Assembly (NCBI GenBank): GCA_031409275.1 | Contig: JANNXA010000040.1 | Span: 160,001-224,000 of the forward strand | DNA: 64,000 bases | From: Planctomycetota bacterium | GTDB taxonomy: Bacteria > Planctomycetota > B15-G4 > SIAN01 | Direction: 5' to 3' | In this document: piece by piece, positions 18,862 through 28,545 of the stretch | Layout: every line of letters starts with the position of its first letter | Position numbering within the stretch: position 1 is the first letter of the stretch | Notes under the pieces: model-generated | Told to the model about the DNA's origin: nothing | The model's input: the letters and a program-made list of their open reading frames with translations, nothing else | Databases searched by the model: none | Position numbers and translations under genes: made by a program

Positions 18862-19610
18862 TCGCCGGCTTCGAGTTCTGGAATCGCGGTCCGTTGCTGC
18901 TGCGCGAGGAGCGCGTGACGAGCCGCGCCGCGACGCAAGGCAGCGCTGCGTGGACGCTCCTCTACGCGAGCGATCTTCATCTGACGGCGCGGCGCGGCGC
19001 ACGCTTCGAGTCGCTCCTCGCCGCGCTCGTCGACCAGACGCGAGCGGCGCGGCCCGACGTCGTGCTGCTCGGCGGCGACCTCGTCGACTCGCGCGCGGGC
19101 AGCGAGGCGCTGGCCGAGTGCGTGCGCCGGCTCGCCGAATTCGCGCCGGTGGCGGCGGTGGCCGGCAACCACGACGCCGCCGCCGGGCTGGCGTCCGTGC
19201 GCGCCGCGGTCGGCGCCGGCGGCGGCCACTGGTTGCACGACGCGCCCCTCGCGCTGGCGAGCGGCGGCCGACGGCCGTTGCTCTGCGCCGCCGTCGCCGA
19301 CGACGCCGCGGAGGCCACTGCGGCCCTTGACGCCAGCGCGCTGCGCGTCCTTGTCGGCCACCACCCCAACGCAGCGGCCGCCGCTGCGCGCGGTGGCTTC
19401 GACGTCGCCTTCGCCGGCCACCTGCATGGCGGCCAGTGCGTCCTTTGGCAGCGTGGAACGCACCTCTATCCGGGAGCCTTCTTCAGCCGCTGGAACGGTC
19501 TGCGTTTCGCACTCGGCAGCGCGACGCTGCTGGTGAGTCGCGGTGTCGCCGACACGTTGCCGGTGCGCTTCCGTTGTCCGCGCGAGGTCGTGCGATGCCA
19601 GCTGACGTGA
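18858..19610 (+). CDS. Calcineurin-like metallophosphoesterase (YkuE-like)
   Basis: SDLH, GGDLVD, GNHD, HHP, GHLHGGQ, VSRG motifs. Confidence 0.88.
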   Translation: MIAGFEFWNRGPLLLREERVTSRAATQGSAAWTLLYASDLHLTARRGARFESLLAALVDQTRAARPDVVLLGGDLVDSRAGSEALAECVRRLAEFAPVAAVAGNHDAAAGLASVRAAVGAGGGHWLHDAPLALASGGRRPLLCAAVADDAAEATAALDASALRVLVGHHPNAAAAAARGGFDVAFAGHLHGGQCVLWQRGTHLYPGAFFSRWNGLRFALGSATLLVSRGVADTLPVRFRCPREVVRCQLT

Positions 19611-20629
19611 ACCAACCCGAGACCGCACCCGAAAGCTCGTCTTGGCGCGAACGGCAGCAGGAGCGCATCGAAGCGAACCGCCCGACGCCGAGCCGCAGCG
19701 AGCAGTTCGTCGGAATGCTGTTGCTCGTGATCTTCGCCCTCGCCGCGACCGTCGGAACGTCGCTCGTCCTCGGCGGCGCCGACATCGGAGGCGCGATCAC
19801 GCTCGGCCTGCCGATCGCGCTCGGCATCGCGGCGGGGCTCCTCGCGCGCGACCTGGGCAGGATCCTCTTGATCCTCATCGTGGCGACACTCATCGGCGTC
19901 GTCCTCGTGACGCTGCTCTCCGCCAAGGAGATCGGCCCCTTCTGCGCGTGCGTCTACGGGACGCTGGCATTCACGCCCGCGTTCCTCGTTGCTCTCGCGA
20001 CGCTCTCGTTGCGGCGCTGGCAGCGGCGCCGCAGACACACGAAGCGAACCGCACGCAGCAACGCGCTCCTCTTGATTGGTGCCTTCGCGCTCCCGCTCGT
20101 ATGGCGCGCCGCGGAGCGCACTTGGCCGCCGGCCCACGCTCCCGAATCGATGGAAGCCGTGCGCGTCGTTGACGCGCCGCTCGAAGCCGTTTGGGAGAGC
20201 CGTCTCGCGTTCCCCAACGCGGGAACGCTCGCCGCGGAAGCGATCCACGCGCCGCTGCCGCGCGGTTCCGACGGGTGCGCCCATGCCGTCGGCGACGTCA
20301 AGCGGCTGCTCTTCAGCAAAGGAGCGATCATCGTCCGGATCGTGCGCGTCGAAGCGGGCCGCGAGTTCGTCGCCGAAGTGATCGAGCAGACCGTCGAGCA
20401 GCGCGCGCTGCGGATCGAAACGGTGACGCTCGCGTGCGAGCCGCTGGCGTCGGGCCGCACGCAGCTGCGCGTGCGAATCGACTTCACGCCGCTCATGGGG
20501 CCGCGCTGGTACTGGCGCCCGTTCGAACGTTGGTTCGGCGCGATCACGTTCGACGCTCTGCTCGACGGCTGGGAGCGCGCAGCCGAGTCGTCGTCACCCC
20601 CGGCTGCGCAGGCTCACGCGCCGCCGTGA
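19607..20629 (+). CDS. Membrane protein with C-terminal SRPBCC/START-like domain
   Basis: GTG start overlapping the upstream stop (alternative ATG 19595); N-terminal TM bundle; VDAPLEAVW and PRWYWRP segments. Confidence 0.55.
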   Translation: MNQPETAPESSSWRERQQERIEANRPTPSRSEQFVGMLLLVIFALAATVGTSLVLGGADIGGAITLGLPIALGIAAGLLARDLGRILLILIVATLIGVVLVTLLSAKEIGPFCACVYGTLAFTPAFLVALATLSLRRWQRRRRHTKRTARSNALLLIGAFALPLVWRAAERTWPPAHAPESMEAVRVVDAPLEAVWESRLAFPNAGTLAAEAIHAPLPRGSDGCAHAVGDVKRLLFSKGAIIVRIVRVEAGREFVAEVIEQTVEQRALRIETVTLACEPLASGRTQLRVRIDFTPLMGPRWYWRPFERWFGAITFDALLDGWERAAESSSPPAAQAHAPP

Positions 20630-20660
20630 GCGCGCACGGTCGCGGCGGAGGGCGAACGGA

Positions 20661-21968
20661 TCAGCCGCCCGCCCCCGCCGCCATCGCCAACCCCGGGCTC
20701 TCGCCCGCGCGCCGCTCGATGCGCGCGCCCAGAAGCCGCAACCGCTCGTCGATCCGCTCGTAGCCGCGGTCGATGTGATAGACGCGGTCGACTGTCGTCT
20801 CGCCTTCCGCGGCGAGTCCTGCCAGCACCAGCGCCGCCGAACCGCGCAGATCGGACGCCATGACCGGCGCGCCCGAGAGCTTGGCGACGCCTTCGACCAG
20901 CGCGGTCGCCCCTTCCTTGCGGATGCGGGCGCCCATGCGATGCAACTCGGCGACGTGGATGAAGCGGTCGGCGTAGATCCGCTCGTGGATCATGCTGATG
21001 CCGTCCGCCGTCGTGAGCAGCGCCATCATCTGCGCCTGGAGGTCGGTCGGGAATCCGGGGTAGGGCAGCGTGGTCACGTCGATCGGCTTCAGCCGGCGCG
21101 GCGCGGCGACGCGCAACCAGTCGCTGCCGGTCGCCACTTCGCAACCGGCGGCGCGCAGTCGCTCGATCAGAGCGAGGAGGTGGCGCGGCTCGCAGCCACG
21201 CACGGTGAGGTCCCCTTTGGTCATCGCGGCCGCGATCGCGAAGGTGCCCGCTTCGATGCGATCCGGAATGACGGAGTGCTCGACGCCGTGCAGCTTGTCG
21301 ACGCCGACGATGCGCAGGCAGTGGCTGCCGATGCCATCGATCTGCGCGCCCATCTTCGCCAGCACGTGGCAGAGATCGACGACCTCCGGCTCCTGCGCGG
21401 CGTTCTCCAGCAACGTCTCGCCTTCGGCGAGCGTCGCCGCCATGACGACGTTGGCGGTTCCGAGCACCGTCGAACCGGCGCTCGATCCGAGGAAGAGCGT
21501 GCCGCCGCGCAGTCGCGGCGAACTCGCTTCGACGTACCCCGAACGCACGTCGATGGTGGCGCCGAGCGCCTCCATGCCTTTCAGGTGCAGATCGATCGGA
21601 CGCACGCCGATGACGCAACCGCCCGGCATCGAGACGCGCGCCCGTTTGCGCTTGGCGAGCAGCGGGCCGAGCACGCAGATGCTCGCGCGCATCGTCTTCA
21701 TCAGCTCGTAGGGCGCCGTGATCGGCGTCTCGTCATCGGAGCGGATGCGCAGCAATCCCTGCTTCTCGTCGTGCAGCACGCGCGCGCCGAGCGACTGCAG
21801 GACCTTCACCTGCGAGGCGACGTCGCGCAAGCGCGGAACGCGCCGGATCACGACCTCTTCGTCGGTGAGCAGCGCTGCCGCCATGATCGGCAGCACCGAG
21901 TTCTTCGCGCCGCCGACCAGCACGTCGCCGGTCAGGCGATGCCCGCCCTGGATGATGAAGCGTTCCAC
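20661..21968 (-). CDS. murA: UDP-N-acetylglucosamine 1-carboxyvinyltransferase
   Basis: GAKNSVLP, MRASI.VLGPLL, PGGCVIGVRPIDLH, PDRIEAGT, YPGFPTDLQ, HIDRGYE; GTG start 21968. Confidence 0.97.
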   Translation of the reverse strand: MERFIIQGGHRLTGDVLVGGAKNSVLPIMAAALLTDEEVVIRRVPRLRDVASQVKVLQSLGARVLHDEKQGLLRIRSDDETPITAPYELMKTMRASICVLGPLLAKRKRARVSMPGGCVIGVRPIDLHLKGMEALGATIDVRSGYVEASSPRLRGGTLFLGSSAGSTVLGTANVVMAATLAEGETLLENAAQEPEVVDLCHVLAKMGAQIDGIGSHCLRIVGVDKLHGVEHSVIPDRIEAGTFAIAAAMTKGDLTVRGCEPRHLLALIERLRAAGCEVATGSDWLRVAAPRRLKPIDVTTLPYPGFPTDLQAQMMALLTTADGISMIHERIYADRFIHVAELHRMGARIRKEGATALVEGVAKLSGAPVMASDLRGSAALVLAGLAAEGETTVDRVYHIDRGYERIDERLRLLGARIERRAGESPGLAMAAGAGG

Positions 21969-22037
21969 GCTCTCCCCCTCCCCGTTGGATCTCGAGCGCG
22001 CCACCCCCACCGCCAAGCAGGGGTCAGCGCGCGCCGT

Positions 22038-22919
22038 TCAGCGGGAGCCGCGTTTCACGATCCACTCACGCCAGAGCTGGATCGATCGCGCGCGCACCGC
22101 CGGTTCCGCCTCGGCCTCGAATCCCACGTCGAAGCCGGCCAGTGAGACTAGCGCCTCGTCGGCATCGTCTCGCACCATGCTCTCTTCGTGATCCAGCAGC
22201 GGCAGCAAGTCGGCCAGCACCGAAGGGTCGCGCAGCAACGACACGGTGTGCAGCAGGAGGCTCGCGACATGCGGCTCGCTGCGGCGGGCCTCGGCGACGA
22301 GTCGCGCGGAGAGCCCGGCCGGCTTCTGTTCCGCGAGCAGCACCGCCCAGCCGAACAGCGCCTTCTTGAGGCGCGACTTCGCCGTCCACACCACGACATC
22401 GGCGATCGGCACCGACCGCTCGCTGCAGAACGCGGCCAAGCGAGCCGCGGCGCGCGCGCGGTAGCGAGCCACCGGCGAAGCGCAGAGGCCGACGAGGCCA
22501 GCGATCGCGGCATCGGGCTGTGCGGCGAGGTCGGCATCGCTGCGGTCGAGCCACGACGGGTCGGGCTTCAGCTCCGGCTCGAGGTCCTGGCGCGGGCCGT
22601 AGACGTGGAGCGTGTCGCCCACCCGCTCGTACTCCGCCACCTGAGCGATGCTCGACTCGATCACCTCCGCCGCCGCCTCCGGGGCGAGCAACCCACCACC
22701 CTCCGGATCCTCCTCGAGGGGGATGCCGCGGCCGCGAAGCCCGGCGGCGAGCGCGGTCAGCGTTCCTCCGGGGGCGACGATCCGGACCATCCGCGTCGCG
22801 GCGGCGGCCTGGAGCGCGCGATCATGCGTCGCGAGGTCGGCGACGAGGTCGCTTTCGCAATCGGCACAGCGGACGATGGTCGCCCGATATTCCTGGCGGC
22901 ACTTGGGACACCACGGCAT
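22038..22919 (-). CDS. Zinc-ribbon + HEAT-repeat hypothetical protein
   Basis: Start MPWCPKCRQEY..CADC; C-terminal HEAT (LLDHEESMVRDDADEALVSLAG). Confidence 0.65.
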   Translation of the reverse strand: MPWCPKCRQEYRATIVRCADCESDLVADLATHDRALQAAAATRMVRIVAPGGTLTALAAGLRGRGIPLEEDPEGGGLLAPEAAAEVIESSIAQVAEYERVGDTLHVYGPRQDLEPELKPDPSWLDRSDADLAAQPDAAIAGLVGLCASPVARYRARAAARLAAFCSERSVPIADVVVWTAKSRLKKALFGWAVLLAEQKPAGLSARLVAEARRSEPHVASLLLHTVSLLRDPSVLADLLPLLDHEESMVRDDADEALVSLAGFDVGFEAEAEPAVRARSIQLWREWIVKRGSR

Positions 22920-23069
22920 CGCTCGTCTCCCCGTTGACTTGACTCGCAAGGCGGCGCCGGTAGCTTGCCCCGGTTTTCCGCTGGAAGGTGCGCGGCGCAA
23001 CGCAACCACTGCCCGCCCGCGACCGCCTCTCCCCGCGCTTCCCGTCTGCTCTTTCGGAGGATCGCATCG

Positions 23070-24374
23070 ATGCCGAGCTTGGACTCCGCCCCGAAGCTCG
23101 CCACCCAGCCCCCGGCCACCATCGAAGAACTCGAAGCCGCGCGCACCCACGTGCTCGGCGAGAGCGACTTCTATCGTGGCTACGAGACCTCTTTCTATGA
23201 GGCAGTTCCAGCCGAGCCGGGCGACGACCCCACCAAGCTCAAGGCCGCGATCGGTCGCTTCCTGCTTGGCCAGGAAGCGCGCGCGCTCGAACTGCTCGGC
23301 CAGCAGAAGAACGAACTCGCCTTCTACATCCGCGCCAGGATCTACCTCGGCCGCGGCGACTGCCAGCGCGCGTTGAAAGAGATCGCGCCGATCGCCGACA
23401 AGAAGCAGAACTGCCTGCCCGCTCAGCGGGTGCGCGCCGATGCGGCGGCGCAGATCGGCGACGTCGCGCTCGTGGAGAAGGCGGGCAAGGAGATCCAGCG
23501 CCACCACGGCGACAGCGCCGACGCCTCCTACGTCGTCGGGCTGCAGCGCGAACTCGACGGCGAGTACGACGAGGCGGTCCGCTCCTGGCAACAGGCGCTG
23601 GCGATCGACCCGACCCACTCGGGCGCGCTCTTCCGCCTCGGCTACCACCAGGCGCTGCGCGGCGACACCGAAACGGCAATCGACCTCTACGAGCGCCTCT
23701 GCAACCAGAAGCCGGCCCCGGTCGGCGCGCTGCTGAACCTCGGGATCCTGTTCGAGGACGAAGAGGACTACCAGCTCGCGCGCAACTGCTTCCAGCGCAT
23801 CCTCGACTTCGATCCGAACCACCCGCGCGCGCGCCTCTACCTGCAGGACGTCAGCGCCAGCTCGTCGCAGTACTACGACGAAGAGAAGCGGCGGAACGAG
23901 GACAAGCACGCGGCGGTGCTCGGCATCCCGGTCACCGATTTCGAGCTCTCGGTTCGCTCGCGCAACTGCCTCGCGAACATGAACGTGCGCTCGCTCGGCG
24001 ACCTCATCTCGCTCAGCGAGCCGGAACTGCTCGCCTTCAAGAACTTCGGCGAGACGTCGCTGACCGAGATCAAGCAGATCCTGAATCAGAAGGGGCTGAC
24101 GCTCGGGATGCTGCCGCCGAAGCCCGACGCCAACATCGGCCTGCGGGCGCTCGAAGGCGTCGATCGCAGCACCGCCATCCACAAGCCGGTCGGCGACCTC
24201 GACCTCTCCGTCCGGTCGCGGCGGGCGCTCGACACGCTCGGCGTGCGCTCGCTCGGCGAGCTGATCGGGTTGTCGGAACAGCAACTGCTCGCGTGCAAGA
24301 ACTTCGGCCAGACGTCGCTGATGGAGCTGAAGAAGAAGCTCGAAGCGTACGGGCTCGTGCTGAAGGCGGACTGA
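23070..24374 (+). CDS. TPR protein with two tandem RNA polymerase alpha-CTD domains
   Basis: GGAGG RBS before ATG 23070; TPRs (ALAIDPTH, ALLNLGILFE, ILDFDPNH); two LSVRS..L..KNFG.TSL.E alpha-CTD copies. Confidence 0.85.
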   Translation: MPSLDSAPKLATQPPATIEELEAARTHVLGESDFYRGYETSFYEAVPAEPGDDPTKLKAAIGRFLLGQEARALELLGQQKNELAFYIRARIYLGRGDCQRALKEIAPIADKKQNCLPAQRVRADAAAQIGDVALVEKAGKEIQRHHGDSADASYVVGLQRELDGEYDEAVRSWQQALAIDPTHSGALFRLGYHQALRGDTETAIDLYERLCNQKPAPVGALLNLGILFEDEEDYQLARNCFQRILDFDPNHPRARLYLQDVSASSSQYYDEEKRRNEDKHAAVLGIPVTDFELSVRSRNCLANMNVRSLGDLISLSEPELLAFKNFGETSLTEIKQILNQKGLTLGMLPPKPDANIGLRALEGVDRSTAIHKPVGDLDLSVRSRRALDTLGVRSLGELIGLSEQQLLACKNFGQTSLMELKKKLEAYGLVLKAD

Positions 24375-24384
24375 CCGCGACGAC

Positions 24385-24966
24385 GTGTTCGACTTCCTGC
24401 GAGGCGAAGTCGCGCGCAAGAGTCCGGGCGAGGTGGTGGTCGACGTCCACGGCGTCGGCTACCTCCTCTCCATCTCGGCGCAGTGCTACGCGGCGTTGCC
24501 AACGCGCGGCGCCGCGACCCTGCTGGTCCACGTCCACACCAACGACTCGGGCACGCGCCTGTTCGGTTTCGTCGACGAACAGGAGCGCCTGCTGTTCCGG
24601 CAGCTGCAAGGCGTGCGCGGCATCGGGCCGTCGGTGGCGCTCACGCTCCTCTCGCACGAGACGCCCGACGCGCTCGCGGGCCGCATCCGTGCCGGCGACG
24701 TGAAGGGGCTCACCCGCATCAAGGGGATCGGCACCAAGACGGCCGAGCGGCTCGTCCTCGAGCTGAAGGACGTGGTCGCACCGGGCCTGATCGCGACGCT
24801 GCCGGCTTCGCAGGAAGATTCGTTGCTGCGCGCGCTGCAGAGCCTCGGGCTCGATTCCGGCGAAGCGCTCGCCCGCACTCGCGCCGTCCTCGCCCAGCAC
24901 CCCGCCGACGCCTCGCTCGAAGTCTTGCTGCGCGCGGCGCTGAAGAGTCGCAGCGCCGGCCGCTGA
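24385..24966 (+). CDS. ruvA: Holliday junction branch migration protein RuvA
   Basis: MFDFLRG..VDVHGVGY..LFGF..ER.LF..GIGP..GIGTKTAERLVLELKD..ALQSLG. Confidence 0.95.
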   Translation: MFDFLRGEVARKSPGEVVVDVHGVGYLLSISAQCYAALPTRGAATLLVHVHTNDSGTRLFGFVDEQERLLFRQLQGVRGIGPSVALTLLSHETPDALAGRIRAGDVKGLTRIKGIGTKTAERLVLELKDVVAPGLIATLPASQEDSLLRALQSLGLDSGEALARTRAVLAQHPADASLEVLLRAALKSRSAGR

Positions 24967-25233
24967 CGGCAGACCTCGAGCTCGCCGGCGTTCGCCCCCG
25001 GGAAGCGCGCCGGACGCAAGCTTGGAGGGCCGACCAGCCGATTCAGCCGAGGCGGTCGCATTCGGGCGACCGCACTGGCGCGAGGGCTGCGACCGTGCGC
25101 GACTACTGCGTGCGTCACCACGTCCGACTCCGAGTGATTTATGGACGTGACCGGGCCAGCGGCACCGGGGCGTATCATCCGCCCCTCGCCGACTCCCGGC
25201 GATCCGCCCCATCGGCGCAAGGAACGCTGAACG

Positions 25234-26607
25234 ATGGCTCGAGCGATCCACTTCGCGTTGCCCTGGCTGCTCTGCTGCAGCCCCGCTCCCGCGCAGGCGG
25301 CGCCCGCTTCTGACCCAGCGGCGGCGCCGCCGGCTCCCGCGACCGCCGGTTCCGATGGCCCGCGCGGACTGCTCGGCGTCGCCGAAGCGGAGTCCGCCCG
25401 ATCGGCGCGCGTGATGCGCGAACGAATCCTGGTGATGCTGCGCAACTTCACCACGCAGAAAGAGACCGCCGCGGATCGCGGCAAGGGCTTCCTCGACAAC
25501 GTCGTCCTGCTCGGCCCCGACGCCGTTCCGCTGCTGCTTGAAGTGATGCACGAAGTCGACAAGGGAACGAGCGATGCCGCCTTCGCCGGCGCCGCCGCGC
25601 GCGCTCTCTGCGGAATCTTCCAGCGCACGCACACGAAGTCGATCCTGGCGAGCCTCGGCGACACCGTGCGCGACGGCGGCCCGGCCGTGAAGTCGGGAAC
25701 GCTCGAGGGACTCGAGCAGCTCGACCACCCGCAAGTGATCGAGATCGTTGCGCCGCTCCTCGAGTCGACCGATCCGGCGCTGCGCAGTCGCGCGGTCCGC
25801 GTGCTCGGTCGCCAGACGTCGAGCGCGGAACTCGTCGGCGGCCTGCTGCGTCCGCTCCTGCAACAGCAAGGGGCGCCATGGACCGAAGTCGTGCAGGCTC
25901 TCCACGCGCTTGGCGATGGCGGAGCGCTCGATGCGGCGCATCAGTTCCTCAGCAAGAGCGAGGACTCGAGCCTCCTGCTCGCGTGCGTGCGCTACGTCGC
26001 CGACGTCGGTGGCCGCGCCACCATCGCGCCGCTGCGCGCGGTGCTCCTGCGCAGCGGCGGCAACCTCCCCGAGACGTTGCTCAAGCAGGCGGTCGATGCG
26101 GCGCAGTCGATCGGCCTGCGCGAAACGGACGCTCACAGCGGCGTCGAGGAGCTGCTCCTCGAAGTCTTCAAGAAGCTCCGCGAAACGCGCAAGGCGGTCA
26201 GCGACTACGCGCTGCGCCAGCTCGGACCGTTCGGCACGGAAGAGGCTTTGAAGACCCTCGAGGACGCGATCGACGACGCCATCGCGATCAACAAGCGGAT
26301 CGGCCAGCCCAATACGAGCCGCTACCTCGAGCTCGCCGAGGATCGACTGCAGTTCAGCGCGTGGAGCCGCGCGATCGACGCGCTCAATCGCGCGCGCGAT
26401 GAGGACAAGAAGGGGCTGCGCACCAGCGACATCGAGGGGTTGCGTGCCGTCGCTCACTGCGGCCAGGGCAAGTTCACGGCCGCCGAAAAGATCCTGCAGA
26501 CGCTCAACTTCGACCAGCGGCTCGACCTGCTGCAGCGCTTCAAGGTGCTGGAGAAGATGGCCAAGGATTCGCGCTTCAAGGGCCTCTTCCCGCCGCCGGC
26601 CCGCTGA
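25234..26607 (+). CDS. Secreted HEAT/TPR-repeat protein
   Basis: Signal-peptide-like N-terminus; HEAT repeats (LLESTDPALRSRAVRVLG). Confidence 0.65.
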   Translation: MARAIHFALPWLLCCSPAPAQAAPASDPAAAPPAPATAGSDGPRGLLGVAEAESARSARVMRERILVMLRNFTTQKETAADRGKGFLDNVVLLGPDAVPLLLEVMHEVDKGTSDAAFAGAAARALCGIFQRTHTKSILASLGDTVRDGGPAVKSGTLEGLEQLDHPQVIEIVAPLLESTDPALRSRAVRVLGRQTSSAELVGGLLRPLLQQQGAPWTEVVQALHALGDGGALDAAHQFLSKSEDSSLLLACVRYVADVGGRATIAPLRAVLLRSGGNLPETLLKQAVDAAQSIGLRETDAHSGVEELLLEVFKKLRETRKAVSDYALRQLGPFGTEEALKTLEDAIDDAIAINKRIGQPNTSRYLELAEDRLQFSAWSRAIDALNRARDEDKKGLRTSDIEGLRAVAHCGQGKFTAAEKILQTLNFDQRLDLLQRFKVLEKMAKDSRFKGLFPPPAR

Positions 26608-26728
26608 CGTCGCACGGCGTCACCGCGCCGCCACACCTGGCGCCGCAGCGGCGCAGGACGCCCCCGGCGACTCCCGGGACCGCGGATTGCTGACGGTGCG
26701 TCGTCCATTCCTCGGAGCGCATGAGACG

Positions 26729-27478
26729 ATGGTTCCACCGCCCGCCCTCGAAGTGCTCGGGGTCGTCGCCGGCGCCGGCAGCGAGCCGGTGCTGCGCGGT
26801 CTCGATCTGACGCTCGCCCCGGGTGAACGGGCGGCGCTGCTCGGCGCGAGCGGCTCGGGCAAATCGACGCTGCTTCGGGTCGTCGCCGGGTTGCTGCGGC
26901 CGCGCGGCGGCACGGTTCGCATCGCCGGGCGCATCGTCGCCGATGGCGAGCACGACGTGCCGCCGGCGCAACGCGGGATCGCCATGGCGTTCCAGAGCTA
27001 CGCGCTCTGGCCCCATCTCCGCGCGCGCGAACAGCTGCGCCTCGTCTCGGGCGACGCCGCGCGCGCCGACCTCTGGCTCGAGCGCGCCCGCATCGCACCG
27101 CTGGCCGATCGGCTGCCCGGCGAGCTTTCCGGCGGCGAGCAGGCGCGCCTCGCGCTGGCGCGCACCTTCGCGAGCGGCGCGACGCTGCTGCTGCTCGACG
27201 AACCGCTGCGCAACCTCGATCCGCCGCTGGCGGCCGACTTGCGCGCCGAGATCGTCGAGTGGATCGTCGCCGCCGGCGCCACGGCGCTGCTGGTGACCCA
27301 CGATCCGCAGGAGGCGCTCGCCATCGCGACTTCGATGCACCTGCTCATCGACGGACGCATCGGCGCGAGCGGCACGCCGGCCGCGCTGCTCGCCAACCCG
27401 CCCGACGAGATCGCGGCGCGCATGCTGGGACTGCGAGCGAACTCTCCGCGCACCGCTCTGACGGAGGCCGCTCGATGA
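26729..27478 (+). CDS. ABC transporter ATP-binding protein (PotA/FbpC-like, lacking a TOBE tail)
   Basis: GASGSGKST, FQSYALWPH, LSGGE, LLLDEP, VTHD. Confidence 0.88.
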   Translation: MVPPPALEVLGVVAGAGSEPVLRGLDLTLAPGERAALLGASGSGKSTLLRVVAGLLRPRGGTVRIAGRIVADGEHDVPPAQRGIAMAFQSYALWPHLRAREQLRLVSGDAARADLWLERARIAPLADRLPGELSGGEQARLALARTFASGATLLLLDEPLRNLDPPLAADLRAEIVEWIVAAGATALLVTHDPQEALAIATSMHLLIDGRIGASGTPAALLANPPDEIAARMLGLRANSPRTALTEAAR

Positions 27479-28545
27479 GGGGCGTGCGACTGCTGCTCGG
27501 TCTGCTGATCGTGGCCGCGTTCGTCAGCGCGCTCGTGCTGTTGCAGGGCGATGAAGCGAAGGCAAGCGACCTCAGCAGCTCGAACTCGTGCCGCGCCTGC
27601 CACACCGAGATCTGGGACGAGTGGGTGAGCTCGTGGCATGCGCAGTCGTTCACCGATCCGCTGGTCCTGGCGAAAGAGCAAAGCAACAACTTCCGCAAGC
27701 AGGAGTGCATCCCCTGCCATGCGCCGGCGCCCGTCTTCGAGTCGGGACTCGGCAAGGAGCGGGTGCTGGAACGGGTGAGCGAGCGCGAGCTCGGTGTCGA
27801 TTGCCTCTCATGCCATCGTGCGTACCAGAGCGTGGTCGGTCCGGCGCCCGCATCGTCGGGCGCCGCGCGCGCCCCATGCGCGCCGATCGCCAACGAATCG
27901 CTCGCGTCGCCCGCGCTGTGCGCTCCGTGCCACAACCAGCACAACACCGTCGATGAATGGGAGGCGAGCAGCTACGCGAAGGCCGGTGTCACCTGCCTCG
28001 ACTGCCACATGCAGCCGGTCGAGCGGCGCCTCGCCGATGGCAGCACGAAGCGCGGGCGCTCGCACCGCTTCCCCGGCGGGCACGACGTGGAGACGTTGCA
28101 CAAGGCCTTCACGCTGCGATCCGAAGTGCGCAGCGCCGCCGATGGCGGGCAAGTGCTCGCCGTCACGCTGACCAACAGCGGCGCCGGCCACAACTTCCCC
28201 GCCGACGCGCGCCACCGTGCGCTCGACCTCGTGGTGACGCTGCTGCAGGAGGATGGCCTCGAGTTGCCGCCGCGCGAATCGAATCGCGGTTACGGCCGCG
28301 AGCGCGGCACGGCGCGCCGCCGCTTCCGCAACCCCTACCGAGAGGAGGTCGAGCGGCTCACCAACAAGGAGCAGTTCGGCCGCGAGAACACGCAGATCAT
28401 CTCCGGCGAGTCCGTGCTCTTCGAAGTCCCCTTCGATCCGGCGGCGGTCGCACGCGCGCGCATCGAACTGATCTACAAGTTGACGCCGATCCAGAACGAT
28501 GACGAAGGAACCCGCATCCATGATCAGGCGCTCGACCTGCGCTGA
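27475..28545 (+). CDS. Pentaheme c-type cytochrome (c554-like family)
   Basis: Signal/TM segment then five CxxCH motifs: CRACH, CIPCH, CLSCH, CAPCH, CLDCH; GAGHNFP. Confidence 0.88.
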   Translation: MRGVRLLLGLLIVAAFVSALVLLQGDEAKASDLSSSNSCRACHTEIWDEWVSSWHAQSFTDPLVLAKEQSNNFRKQECIPCHAPAPVFESGLGKERVLERVSERELGVDCLSCHRAYQSVVGPAPASSGAARAPCAPIANESLASPALCAPCHNQHNTVDEWEASSYAKAGVTCLDCHMQPVERRLADGSTKRGRSHRFPGGHDVETLHKAFTLRSEVRSAADGGQVLAVTLTNSGAGHNFPADARHRALDLVVTLLQEDGLELPPRESNRGYGRERGTARRRFRNPYREEVERLTNKEQFGRENTQIISGESVLFEVPFDPAAVARARIELIYKLTPIQNDDEGTRIHDQALDLR

